A stretch of DNA of 64,000 nucleotides. It comes from Candidatus Thorarchaeota archaeon (GTDB lineage: Archaea; Asgardarchaeota; Thorarchaeia; Thorarchaeales; Thorarchaeaceae). Of this stretch, positions 9,266 to 17,691 are shown piece by piece (the stretch's first letter is position 1; every line of letters starts with the position of its first letter). The position numbers and the translations under genes are program-made. Under the pieces are notes generated by a model. It worked only from the letters and a program-made list of their open reading frames with translations, was not told the DNA's origin and did no database searches. The DNA lies in the NCBI GenBank assembly GCA_038893995.1, contig JAWAQK010000002.1, forward strand, positions 45,367 through 109,366, written 5' to 3'.

Positions 9266-10105
9266 ATGTCTTTTGGGTCAAGTGTACTGGAGTACGATTC
9301 AGAATTGGAGGTATCCGTCCTTCGCAAGGAAAGCGACTCAATCACCCTTCTAGTCGAGGGTATTGATGTTGCCTTGGCTAATGCATTGCGAAGAACAATG
9401 TTGGCAGGACTACCTACCATGGCAATTGATGAGGTCCTTATCCTCGAGAATACAAGTGTCATGTACGACGAGATACTTGCTCATCGACTAGGTCTCATAC
9501 CCCTCACTACTCCACTCGACGACTACAACCTGCCAGATGACTGTGAGTGCGGTGGCAAGGGTTGTAGTCTGTGCCAATGTACACTGACTCTTGAAGTGGA
9601 GGCAAACAACCAGGAACTGATGGTGTACTCTCGAAATATTTTATCACAAGATCCCAAGGTCGTTCCCGTAACGGGCGATATTCCCATCGTGAAACTCGCG
9701 CCTCACCAGAAGATCATCGTGGAGGCGTATGCACGTCTCGGAAGAGGCAGTGAACATGCGAAGTTTCAGCCTGTGTCCACAGTAGCATACAAATATGTTC
9801 CTGTTGTCAGTATCAACAGAGAGAAATGCACTAGATGCGGTGCATGTGCAGACTCGTGTCCCAAGGGGATATTGGTACTCGAGAACAATGTCATATCGAC
9901 CCAGAACACACTTGAGTGTACTCTGTGTGAGATGTGTGTTCGGGAGTGCGAACCGGGTGCAATCTCTGTAGAACACAGAGAAGGTAGTTTCATTTTCAAG
10001 ATCGAAACTACCGGTGCTCTCTCAACAAAGGAGATTGTAGAACGTTCAGCGGAAATTCTGAAGGGAAGGATCCAAGTGGCCCTCGACTTTGCAAACACAT
10101 TATGA
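9266..10105 (+). CDS. rpoD: DNA-directed RNA polymerase subunit D (Rpo3) with ferredoxin-like insert
   Basis: ANALRR, ENTSVMYDEILAHRLGLIP, HAKFQP, two CxxCxxCxxxC motifs; start at ATG 9266 or TTG 9305. Confidence 0.96.
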   Translation: MSFGSSVLEYDSELEVSVLRKESDSITLLVEGIDVALANALRRTMLAGLPTMAIDEVLILENTSVMYDEILAHRLGLIPLTTPLDDYNLPDDCECGGKGCSLCQCTLTLEVEANNQELMVYSRNILSQDPKVVPVTGDIPIVKLAPHQKIIVEAYARLGRGSEHAKFQPVSTVAYKYVPVVSINREKCTRCGACADSCPKGILVLENNVISTQNTLECTLCEMCVRECEPGAISVEHREGSFIFKIETTGALSTKEIVERSAEILKGRIQVALDFANTL

Positions 10106-10485
10106 ATGGAGCTGATCAAATTATGGCTCGAATGGGAACAACTAATCCTAACACGCTCGCGCTTATCCGCGCACTCCGTCGCGCCTCCGTGCAGCACAAC
10201 GCAGGAATTTGGAAACGGGTCGCTGAGATAGTTTCACGGCCCGCTAGGAAGCGCGTTGTAGTAAACGTTGGTGAGATCGAGAGGCACACTCATGACGGTG
10301 ACCTTGTGGTCGTGCCTGGCAAAGTACTGGGCTCAGGAAATCTCAATCATCGCGTCACTGTTGCTGCACTGAGCGCATCTGCCTCAGCGCGTCAGATCAT
10401 TATCACCGCAGGTGGGTCGTTGATGACCATAGAGGAAATGCTCAAGTTGGCTCCTACTGGAGCCGGTGTAACCATACTTGTTTGA
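10102..10485 (+). CDS. rpl18e: 50S ribosomal protein L18e
   Basis: TTNP, IWKRVA, VVPGKVLGSG. Confidence 0.95.
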   Translation: MNGADQIMARMGTTNPNTLALIRALRRASVQHNAGIWKRVAEIVSRPARKRVVVNVGEIERHTHDGDLVVVPGKVLGSGNLNHRVTVAALSASASARQIIITAGGSLMTIEEMLKLAPTGAGVTILV

Positions 10486-10952
10486 GGGTGTTCATGATGA
10501 GCCAGCAAGACATCAAGGTGTTTGATGCTGAACAAATGGTCATTGGGCGTCTGCTGACAGTCGCCGCGAAAGCTGCCCTCATGGGGAGCAACGTAGTCAT
10601 AGTCAACGCAGAGAAGGCGATAGTCACCGGCGATCGAAGGGCGCAAATAGAGTCGTTCAAGAGGAAACGTGAGATACGCGCCAACTACAATCCGCGTAAG
10701 GGCCCCTTTCACGAACGTCGTCCAGACAAGCTTGTCAGAAAGATGATACGGGGCATGCTTGCTTGGCCAACTCCACGTGGAAAGGCTGCGTACAAACGGG
10801 TGTCCGTTCACGTCGGCGTTCCACCAGAGTATTCTGCTGTGGAGAAGATAGTGCTTGAGGATGCACGTTACGACAGTCTGAGAAACAAATGCATTACCAT
10901 CGCAGACCTTTGCTATGAACTGGGCTGGAGAAACAGGGGGGCGATGAGTTGA
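10482..10952 (+). CDS. rpl13: 50S ribosomal protein L13
   Basis: DAE..VIGRL, VNAEKA, RKGPFH.RRP, RGML. Confidence 0.95.
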   Translation: MRVFMMSQQDIKVFDAEQMVIGRLLTVAAKAALMGSNVVIVNAEKAIVTGDRRAQIESFKRKREIRANYNPRKGPFHERRPDKLVRKMIRGMLAWPTPRGKAAYKRVSVHVGVPPEYSAVEKIVLEDARYDSLRNKCITIADLCYELGWRNRGAMS

Positions 10953-11350
10953 TGAAAGTGGTAGTCAGTTCTGGAAAAAGGAAGACATCTGTCGCAAAGG
11001 CAACTGTGAAGAAGGGCTCCGGTCGCATTCGAGTGGATGGGAAACCACTCGCCATCATCCAACCCGAGATAGCAAGAATGCGAATTATGGAACCATTGAT
11101 GCTCCTTGGAGAAGGTTGGAAGCAGTATGACATCTCGGTCAAAGTACGGGGTGGTGGGTTCATGAGCCAGGCGGATGCTGTACGTATGGCGATAGCCACC
11201 GGCCTTGTAAAGATGAGCCAGGACTACGAGGCAAAGGCTAGAATGATGCAACACGACAGGTCGATGCTCGTGGGCGATCCAAGAAGAACTGAGTCAAAGA
11301 AATTCGGAGGTCCCTCAGCACGATCGAGGTATCAGAAGTCATACAGATGA
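10949..11350 (+). CDS. rps9: 30S ribosomal protein S9
   Basis: GKRKTSVA, VRGGG, DPRRTESKKFGGPSARSRYQKSYR. Confidence 0.97.
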   Translation: MMKVVVSSGKRKTSVAKATVKKGSGRIRVDGKPLAIIQPEIARMRIMEPLMLLGEGWKQYDISVKVRGGGFMSQADAVRMAIATGLVKMSQDYEAKARMMQHDRSMLVGDPRRTESKKFGGPSARSRYQKSYR

Positions 11351-11365
11351 TCGAGGTGTACACAG

Positions 11366-11581
11366 TTGATAATCCCGGTCAGATGCTTTACTTGCGGAAA
11401 AGTTGTTGCTGACAAGTATGAACAGTTCCGACGTGAGATACAGCAGGGTGAGACTCCAGCGGCAGTGCTTGATCGACTAGGCCTCAAGCGGTACTGCTGT
11501 CGCAGAATGCTCATGTCACACATCGACATAATTGACAGTTTCATTGCGTTTTCGGTTGTTGATTCATCGGAGGCAAGATAG
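11366..11581 (+). CDS. rpoN: RNA polymerase subunit N (Rpo10)
   Basis: [11 protein letters not shown]...RYCCRRML; TTG start after GAGGTG. Confidence 0.97.
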   Translation: MIIPVRCFTCGKVVADKYEQFRREIQQGETPAAVLDRLGLKRYCCRRMLMSHIDIIDSFIAFSVVDSSEAR

Positions 11582-11582
11582 A

Positions 11583-12218
11583 ATGAGTGAAGAGGAAACT
11601 GCCGAGGTCAATCTTCTCATATCAATGGACAAGTATCTCGCCGCTGGTTGTCACATTGGCACACAGGTGAAGACGAAGGATATGGAACCATTCGTCTATC
11701 GACAGAGGCCGATTGGACTCTATGTCCTAGACGTACGGAAGACTGACGAACGGATTCGAACTGCTGCACGATTCATATCACGATTTGAGCCTGACAAGGT
11801 CGTCGTTGTTTCTGGAAGAGTCTACGGAAAACGTCCAGTTCAAGAATTTGCAAGGTACACTCGTGCAACTGCCTTCACTGACCGATTCGTGCCTGGCACA
11901 TTCACCAACCCTCAGCTTGCTGGTTCAAGGCCATATACCGAACCAGAGGTAGTACTGATTACGGACCCCCGTACAGATCAGCAGGCTCTTTCAGAGGCGT
12001 CTCGAATCGGTGTTCCTGTGATTGCTTTGTGCGATACCGACAATGTCACGACTAATGTAGACCTGGTGATTCCGTCCAACAACAGGGGGCGTAAGGCGCT
12101 AGCCCTTGTGTACTACCTATTGACAAAGCAGGTCCTTATTGAGAGGGGTGAGATTCCCGCTGATGGAGAACCTGCATTCACCCCCGATGACTTCGAACCT
12201 CAAGCACAGAAGCTCTAA
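11583..12218 (+). CDS. rps2: 30S ribosomal protein S2
   Basis: YLAAGCHIGT, RFVPGTFTNP, IPSNNRGRKAL; ATG at 11583. Confidence 0.97.
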   Translation: MSEEETAEVNLLISMDKYLAAGCHIGTQVKTKDMEPFVYRQRPIGLYVLDVRKTDERIRTAARFISRFEPDKVVVVSGRVYGKRPVQEFARYTRATAFTDRFVPGTFTNPQLAGSRPYTEPEVVLITDPRTDQQALSEASRIGVPVIALCDTDNVTTNVDLVIPSNNRGRKALALVYYLLTKQVLIERGEIPADGEPAFTPDDFEPQAQKL

Positions 12219-12607
12219 CTGAGTATCGTGACTGTTCCATTGGTGGCATCAACTTCGGCAGTCCGTCCAGTTACGAGCTTGCTGAGATCTACTTTGTCAA
12301 CTGCAGGTATTTCTCCAATGATACACCCTACCGCTACCACGGGGTCCATCGACTCATTGATGATGGCAAGCGGCGCCTTTCCCGCCTTGCTCAACGCATA
12401 GAGAACGTATGAACCAACCGTGCTACCCTTTCCAGTTGGGAATGCAAGTATCTTGTTGGATATCGATACTCCCTCGAGGGGGTGTCCTTTTTCTACGATC
12501 TGTCCCGTCTTTGGGTCGCATCCCCCGAAGAACGATATGTCCGATCTACTTACGAGGAGCTCACCTGTGACCTTTCCCCTGAATATGCTACGACAACGAA
12601 TGATCAT
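12215..12607 (-). CDS. Aconitase X small (swiveling) subunit / phosphomevalonate dehydratase small subunit (DUF126)
   Basis: ISFFGG.DP.TG, GKGSTVGSYVL; ATG at 12607 overlaps the large-subunit stop (ATGA). Confidence 0.9.
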   Translation of the reverse strand: MIIRCRSIFRGKVTGELLVSRSDISFFGGCDPKTGQIVEKGHPLEGVSISNKILAFPTGKGSTVGSYVLYALSKAGKAPLAIINESMDPVVAVGCIIGEIPAVDKVDLSKLVTGRTAEVDATNGTVTILS

Positions 12608-13788
12608 CCCTGTACAGCCTCCCTTATGCACTCCTCCACGGTCCTTATCTCCGTCTTGAACTTGTTCTTCCCACGAGCATAGAAGCATGCCTTTGCTGAG
12701 TCTGTCATCAGACCCCTGAACATTCCCTTGAGTGGTGCAACTGCGCAACAGGCATCACTCACTAGGAATGCTCCCGCTTTCTCAATCATGTCGTAATAGC
12801 CCATCTTGACGGCAAGCTCCTTCGTAGGTTTGGCCGTCGTTATCCACACAGTCTTTCCGTGTGCCACATGTTTCCCCCTAAGAAGTCGGGCAATCTCAGC
12901 GATTTCAGCTATGCTTGCATGCGGGCAACCAATGCTGATGAAGTCTATGTCTGCACCCTCGTCGTCCAGTTCCGCCTTTGCTTTCTCCAGGTCTTCCTGT
13001 GAGATAGTTTCGACCTTCTCTGGAATAGTTGTGCGGTTTGGTGTGATCCCCTCGATATGAAAGATCGCAACTCCTCCGTATGTTGCAATGGACGCGCAGA
13101 GCGCCTTCAGTTCATCGGTCGAGGCGCGTGATATGCCCTCAATGTACGGGATCGAATTTCTGGTCCTGTTACCAATTACCTGCCCGAGTAGTCCGAAGTC
13201 CACTGTATTCTCGAGCCTTGCCTCAACCAAGTACCTGACTTGAGCCATCCTATTCTTGTCTAGGTGAAGACCATATTCTGCTGTTCGGCCAGTCAGAGCT
13301 GCAGCGATTGCACTCGGTCCGCCCTCGCGGTTCGTATAGGCCCCAATGACGGAGTTCGCAAAACAGACGGCGGAGGACTCTGCCCATGCAATGTGTTCGC
13401 CATAGTGTGGCAGATTACCGATCAGGTATGGTGTGCATGTGCAAGTCGTAATGACGCCCATTCTCCTGAATGCATCTATTACTCTCTCTTGGTCGCGTGC
13501 AAATTCCTCTGATATTCCGTGCTTTTTCCATTCTGTCAGGTCCATCCCTGCTGGGTTGAGGGTCGTCAGGACGCGTACTTGTCCGTCCTCCGCCATTTCT
13601 GCAAGGTACTCAAGGCCATACTCCCCTAGGTTGTCATAGGACACCCCTGCTATCTGAACACTGGAAACAGGTATGAGTCTTGTGGCACCATAGATCTCTC
13701 CCAATGCCGTAATGATCTCCATTGCCTTCCGGGTGGCCTTTCCGTACTCTCCATTCAGCATGCGTTTCTCTTCAGATGTAAGTTCTAA
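12604..13788 (-). CDS. Aconitase X large subunit / phosphomevalonate dehydratase large subunit (DUF521)
   Basis: TLNPAG, TCTCTPY, AWAESSAV, TNREGG, IGCPH, MTDSAK; conserved N-terminus xLTSEEKRMLNGEYG extends upstream of the ATG at 13761 to a TTA at 13788. Confidence 0.9.
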   Translation of the reverse strand, partial: LELTSEEKRMLNGEYGKATRKAMEIITALGEIYGATRLIPVSSVQIAGVSYDNLGEYGLEYLAEMAEDGQVRVLTTLNPAGMDLTEWKKHGISEEFARDQERVIDAFRRMGVITTCTCTPYLIGNLPHYGEHIAWAESSAVCFANSVIGAYTNREGGPSAIAAALTGRTAEYGLHLDKNRMAQVRYLVEARLENTVDFGLLGQVIGNRTRNSIPYIEGISRASTDELKALCASIATYGGVAIFHIEGITPNRTTIPEKVETISQEDLEKAKAELDDEGADIDFISIGCPHASIAEIAEIARLLRGKHVAHGKTVWITTAKPTKELAVKMGYYDMIEKAGAFLVSDACCAVAPLKGMFRGLMTDSAKACFYARGKNKFKTEIRTVEECIREAVQG

Positions 13789-13795
13789 CGTGCCC

Positions 13796-15103
13796 TCATT
13801 CCTCCGAGTACTTTCTTATGTCGACCTCATGAAACTTGGCCTTCTCAAAGCTCTTTCCCTTCGTTGTCAGCTTCTTGGTACAATCAAAGCCTATCTTCGT
13901 CGTGAGCTTTGTATCGGGTTCGGCGCTAGGGTCCAGAGAGCTCCCAGGTTCGCGTCCTCTGACTATCATGTCAGAGTCTCCCTGAAATCTGGTCGCCATT
14001 GCCCATTCTCGCTCTTGTTCATCATAGATGTCTATGTCATCGTCATACACCCAGACATGTTTTGCACTTGTGTGTCCTCGGAACGCACCTTCGATCGCCA
14101 GCTTTCCGTCATCGTCCTTTTGTTTCTTGATCTTGACTGCAACGTGTAGCCAGCTGGCACCTCCAGGAGTCATGCTGACATCGAGAACCTGAACTCCCTT
14201 CTCGCGCACGCTCTGGTATATCGTTGGTTCTCTCGGCATTCCCATGAGAATCTTGTGCTCAAGACGTCCTGGCAAGAGCGCCTGCCAAATGGCATTTCTT
14301 CTGTGCGTGATTCGCTTGACTTCAAATACTGGTTCTTGTCTTACCACATCGACGGTTTCCGTAAGGTCTATGAACGGGCCCTCAGCGGCCTTTTCATTCA
14401 AGTAGACTCTTCCCTCCAGAACAAACTCACAATCTGCGGGGATCCTTAGATCAACCGAACTTGCATGGGTCAGTCTTATGGGGCGCAAGGCATTGGCAAT
14501 CTCGAGCTCATCGATCCCCGTCTTGACCGAAGTTGCAGCCGCTATCAATACCTCTGGCGTGTTTCCGACACAGAATGCGGCATCGAGTTCTCCAGCCCTC
14601 TGAAGGAACTTGTGAAAATCTCTGCCAGACACGATCCTCACTGAGAAATGTCGTGAGTCAATCTGCATGGCTCTGTGGAAATCAAGGTTCTGTCCATACT
14701 CCGGATCCTTTGCAACAACAACAGCAGATGAAATGTAAGGCCCCCCGTCTACGACGTTATGTCGAAGTATTGGCAGATCGTTGAGATCGACAACGGATCT
14801 GGTGACCTCCTGGCACGGTGCTCCATCGATAAGCTCCGGAGGACTCCTCTTCTCAATGGCTTTAGCTAGTGTTGGTATGATGTCTTGAACACCTATGCCA
14901 AAGTAGTCTGCTATCTGTTGCTTTGTACAGAACAGGTTCCCCGCAACACGAAATGAAGACTCCTTTACCTTCTCGAAGAGAGCTGGCTTTGGTTCTAGAC
15001 ACTTGAGAATACCAGCAATCTCAAGATCCTTCGAAACTGCGGTCCTAATCGTTCGAATGCTTCCCTTTTTGATCAGTTGGTTGATGTATTCCTCTAGTAT
15101 CAT
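13796..15103 (-). CDS. UbiD-family prFMN decarboxylase (probable trans-anhydromevalonate phosphate decarboxylase)
   Basis: DGGPYI, EFVLEG, EGPF, DDDIDIYD, WAMATRFQ, SSLDPS; in an operon with mvk and acnX. Confidence 0.88.
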   Translation of the reverse strand: MILEEYINQLIKKGSIRTIRTAVSKDLEIAGILKCLEPKPALFEKVKESSFRVAGNLFCTKQQIADYFGIGVQDIIPTLAKAIEKRSPPELIDGAPCQEVTRSVVDLNDLPILRHNVVDGGPYISSAVVVAKDPEYGQNLDFHRAMQIDSRHFSVRIVSGRDFHKFLQRAGELDAAFCVGNTPEVLIAAATSVKTGIDELEIANALRPIRLTHASSVDLRIPADCEFVLEGRVYLNEKAAEGPFIDLTETVDVVRQEPVFEVKRITHRRNAIWQALLPGRLEHKILMGMPREPTIYQSVREKGVQVLDVSMTPGGASWLHVAVKIKKQKDDDGKLAIEGAFRGHTSAKHVWVYDDDIDIYDEQEREWAMATRFQGDSDMIVRGREPGSSLDPSAEPDTKLTTKIGFDCTKKLTTKGKSFEKAKFHEVDIRKYSEE

Positions 15104-15112
15104 GCTCTCACC

Positions 15113-16054
15113 TCAGACTCCAAAGGATGTTACCCAGACATCCGTCGCTCCAGCTTCTCTCAACGCGCCAGCGACAACTTGCGCTCCTTTCTCATCGTCA
15201 GTGAGTGCGATCATGTTGCCTCCCCTTCCTGTACCCGTGAGTTTTGCACCAACTGCACCTCGCCTGATTGCAGTGTCAACCAGAGTATCGAGTTCGGGAC
15301 AGGACACGGTCAGCTGTTGAAGTAGTCTGTGGTTCTCATTCATTAGCTTTCCAACTCTCTTCTTGTCGAGCTCAAGTAGCGCATCTCGTGCTTGCACTAT
15401 GAGCCTGTCATATTGTTGTAGAATATTGTCAAACCATGATCTATCACTCTGAGCCAGTCTTCTCACATCATCAACCACAGCTTTTGTACTAGATGTCAGA
15501 CCCGTTGCTGCTATCACCAAGTTCAGAGGTCTTTTCAGTTTGAGAACCTCGAACACGGGCTTGTCGGAGGATGTGGGTTTCTGATACCACACTAGTCCGC
15601 CGAATGTGGAGGCCGTGTTGTCTATGCCCGACGGAGTGCCATGGTATCCCTTTTCCCCCTCGTACGCTGCGAGATTGATTTTTTCATCGTCGTAATTCAA
15701 ATCGAACTCTTCGTTCAGTGCTCGCGCAATTGCTACACAGCTCGCAGCACTAGCGCCAATCCCAGAGGCACACACAAGATCTCCCGAAAGCTGTATGTGA
15801 ATGCCTTTCTCTGAGAGATCTATGCCCATGTATCGAATTATGTTGTCTATCGATGCTGTCTGCTCGTCTGCTTTCTCTTTCTTGTAACCTGGTACTTCCG
15901 GGCGCAGGTCCTCAAGTTTCCATCCTGGTGTTGATGTTCGATGAACGGTGGCAATGGTTTCGGCAGAGATACCTGCGGCCAGTGCTGGTCTACCGTAGAC
16001 CACAAAGTGTTCGCCAAAGAGAATGGCCTTGCCTTTTCCAGATCCTACAGCCAT
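15113..16054 (-). CDS. mvk: Mevalonate kinase
   Basis: GKAILFGEHFVVYG, GIGASAA, HGTPSGIDN, GAKLTGTGRGG. Confidence 0.93.
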   Translation of the reverse strand: MAVGSGKGKAILFGEHFVVYGRPALAAGISAETIATVHRTSTPGWKLEDLRPEVPGYKKEKADEQTASIDNIIRYMGIDLSEKGIHIQLSGDLVCASGIGASAASCVAIARALNEEFDLNYDDEKINLAAYEGEKGYHGTPSGIDNTASTFGGLVWYQKPTSSDKPVFEVLKLKRPLNLVIAATGLTSSTKAVVDDVRRLAQSDRSWFDNILQQYDRLIVQARDALLELDKKRVGKLMNENHRLLQQLTVSCPELDTLVDTAIRRGAVGAKLTGTGRGGNMIALTDDEKGAQVVAGALREAGATDVWVTSFGV

Positions 16055-16262
16055 GTTCTACACGCCCTGTAGTTTGTTGATGCGACGACATTCGGTGCTT
16101 TTGAAGTCTTCCTTCGACGGATCACCAATCCCGAAAAGGCGTCTTCATCGTGCGTGGTTGTTCATGACTACACGGGCGATGTTGTCGCATGAGAACCAGG
16201 TCAGAGTCGTGGATTATTTGATAATATCAACTGCGGTCGTCGTCTGCTAGAATGTTACAATC

Positions 16263-16340
16263 TGGTGGGCCGGGCCGGATTTGAACCGGCGGCCTCTTGG
16301 TCCCGAACCAAGAATCATAGCCAATCTAGACCACCGACCC
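16263..16340 (-). tRNA. tRNA-Pro(CGG), CCA encoded
   Basis: GGGTCGG acceptor, anticodon arm CTTGG-TTCGGGA-CCAAG, T arm GCCGG-TTCAAAT-CCGGC, 3' ACCA. Confidence 0.96.
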
Positions 16341-16368
16341 GCCAACTATCGCCAGGAACGGCGTCGAT

Positions 16369-17205
16369 TTAATCGTTTCGTTGAGAGTTCCGTAATTGTT
16401 CTACTGTACCGATATACAGTCCTTCTGTGGTGTATGCATCTATCCGTGAAGAATCGATACATCTCAGGTCAAGAATGGGGCCTTCTAGGTTGACCCCTGA
16501 GTCATCGACTGGCCTACCATGGATCAGAGGGTTGTAGCAGGGCAACACAACAATCTTCAATGTTGTTCTGTTGATGTTGATTCCTGTTGCCTCTGAAATA
16601 CAGTGTCCCCTCACCCTACACACTAGAACGACTGGAGTGGTTCCAATGCCAACTCTTCTGGCAGGTTGGCCAACATCTTTAGCCGTGAGTGTGCGCATTC
16701 TCCTAACACACGGATGGTGATGCCCCATGACGACCATATCACACCGAAGTACGTCACCGGATGGCCATGCATGACCATGTACAAGTCCTACTCTTGTTCC
16801 GTCCATCACTATGACTTGGCCTCTTGGATCAGAAACTTCCACATCGCGCGGCAGTAACGCACGGAGACCTCCATCATGATTTCCAGGAATGATGTGGACC
16901 TTGCTGTGCTTCGCTATTGCCTCAACAAATTCTGGAATGACACTCCAGTTGTAGAGTCTATCAATGAGAATGGTATGTTTCAAGTCTCCAACGATGTACA
17001 GACTGTCTACACTGTGTTTCTCTAGGAGGCCTGAGAGTGACACCATCATTTCATTCTTCTCGTCCTGAATCAAGGTGTCACTGAGTCCCTGAATCTCAGA
17101 TGAGTATCCAATGTGCAAGTCGGATACGATCGCGATCGTTTCGCGAGTCGAATGGATGACAAGAGCTCTGCTGTCTAGTACTGATCGCACAAGTGTTGGA
17201 TTCAT
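16369..17205 (-). CDS. Calcineurin-like metallophosphoesterase (probable DNA nuclease)
   Basis: SDLHIG, GDLKH, GNHD, HGH, GHHHP; ATG 17205 chosen to avoid overlap with the divergent gene. Confidence 0.88.
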   Translation of the reverse strand: MNPTLVRSVLDSRALVIHSTRETIAIVSDLHIGYSSEIQGLSDTLIQDEKNEMMVSLSGLLEKHSVDSLYIVGDLKHTILIDRLYNWSVIPEFVEAIAKHSKVHIIPGNHDGGLRALLPRDVEVSDPRGQVIVMDGTRVGLVHGHAWPSGDVLRCDMVVMGHHHPCVRRMRTLTAKDVGQPARRVGIGTTPVVLVCRVRGHCISEATGININRTTLKIVVLPCYNPLIHGRPVDDSGVNLEGPILDLRCIDSSRIDAYTTEGLYIGTVEQLRNSQRND

Positions 17206-17253
17206 AATATCGTTAAAAGGCAAATGAAGTGTGAATGACATCTGTGACCAGAA

Positions 17254-17637
17254 ATGCTCTCGAGTCTTGAGATCGAGCTGCTCTCTGAACCACACCTAGC
17301 TCAGAAGGTCATCGAGTATTTCAAGGACAAGTACGGTAAGAGATTCATCAGCGCCCTAAGGGCGGCAGAAGAAGGAAGAGTCCTGAAGTACCAATTTGTC
17401 CCAAGTGGGGTGATCGCCTGGACTGTGCAGGGTCGCAAGCGGGAGTACCTTGTTGTCCCGGAGGTCTACTGCAGCTGCAGGAGTTTCTATCAGAGTGTTG
17501 TGATATCTCGGCAGTGTGACGTCTGCTACCATCTTTTGGCTCAGAAGATCGCCGAATCAAGAGGAACGTTCGTAACCAAACACCTTGATGATGACGCACG
17601 TCGAAGGCTCTACAAGTCCTGGCGACGTACAGACTGA
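17254..17637 (+). CDS. SWIM zinc-finger protein (SWS1/ZSWIM7-like)
   Basis: V.G....Y...YCSCRSF...CYHLLA (CxC...CxH). Confidence 0.8.
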   Translation: MLSSLEIELLSEPHLAQKVIEYFKDKYGKRFISALRAAEEGRVLKYQFVPSGVIAWTVQGRKREYLVVPEVYCSCRSFYQSVVISRQCDVCYHLLAQKIAESRGTFVTKHLDDDARRRLYKSWRRTD

Positions 17638-17691
17638 TTCTGGGATAGATTTAAAACTCGGTCATTGGGTAGGCCTCCGAAGTGAGATCGG

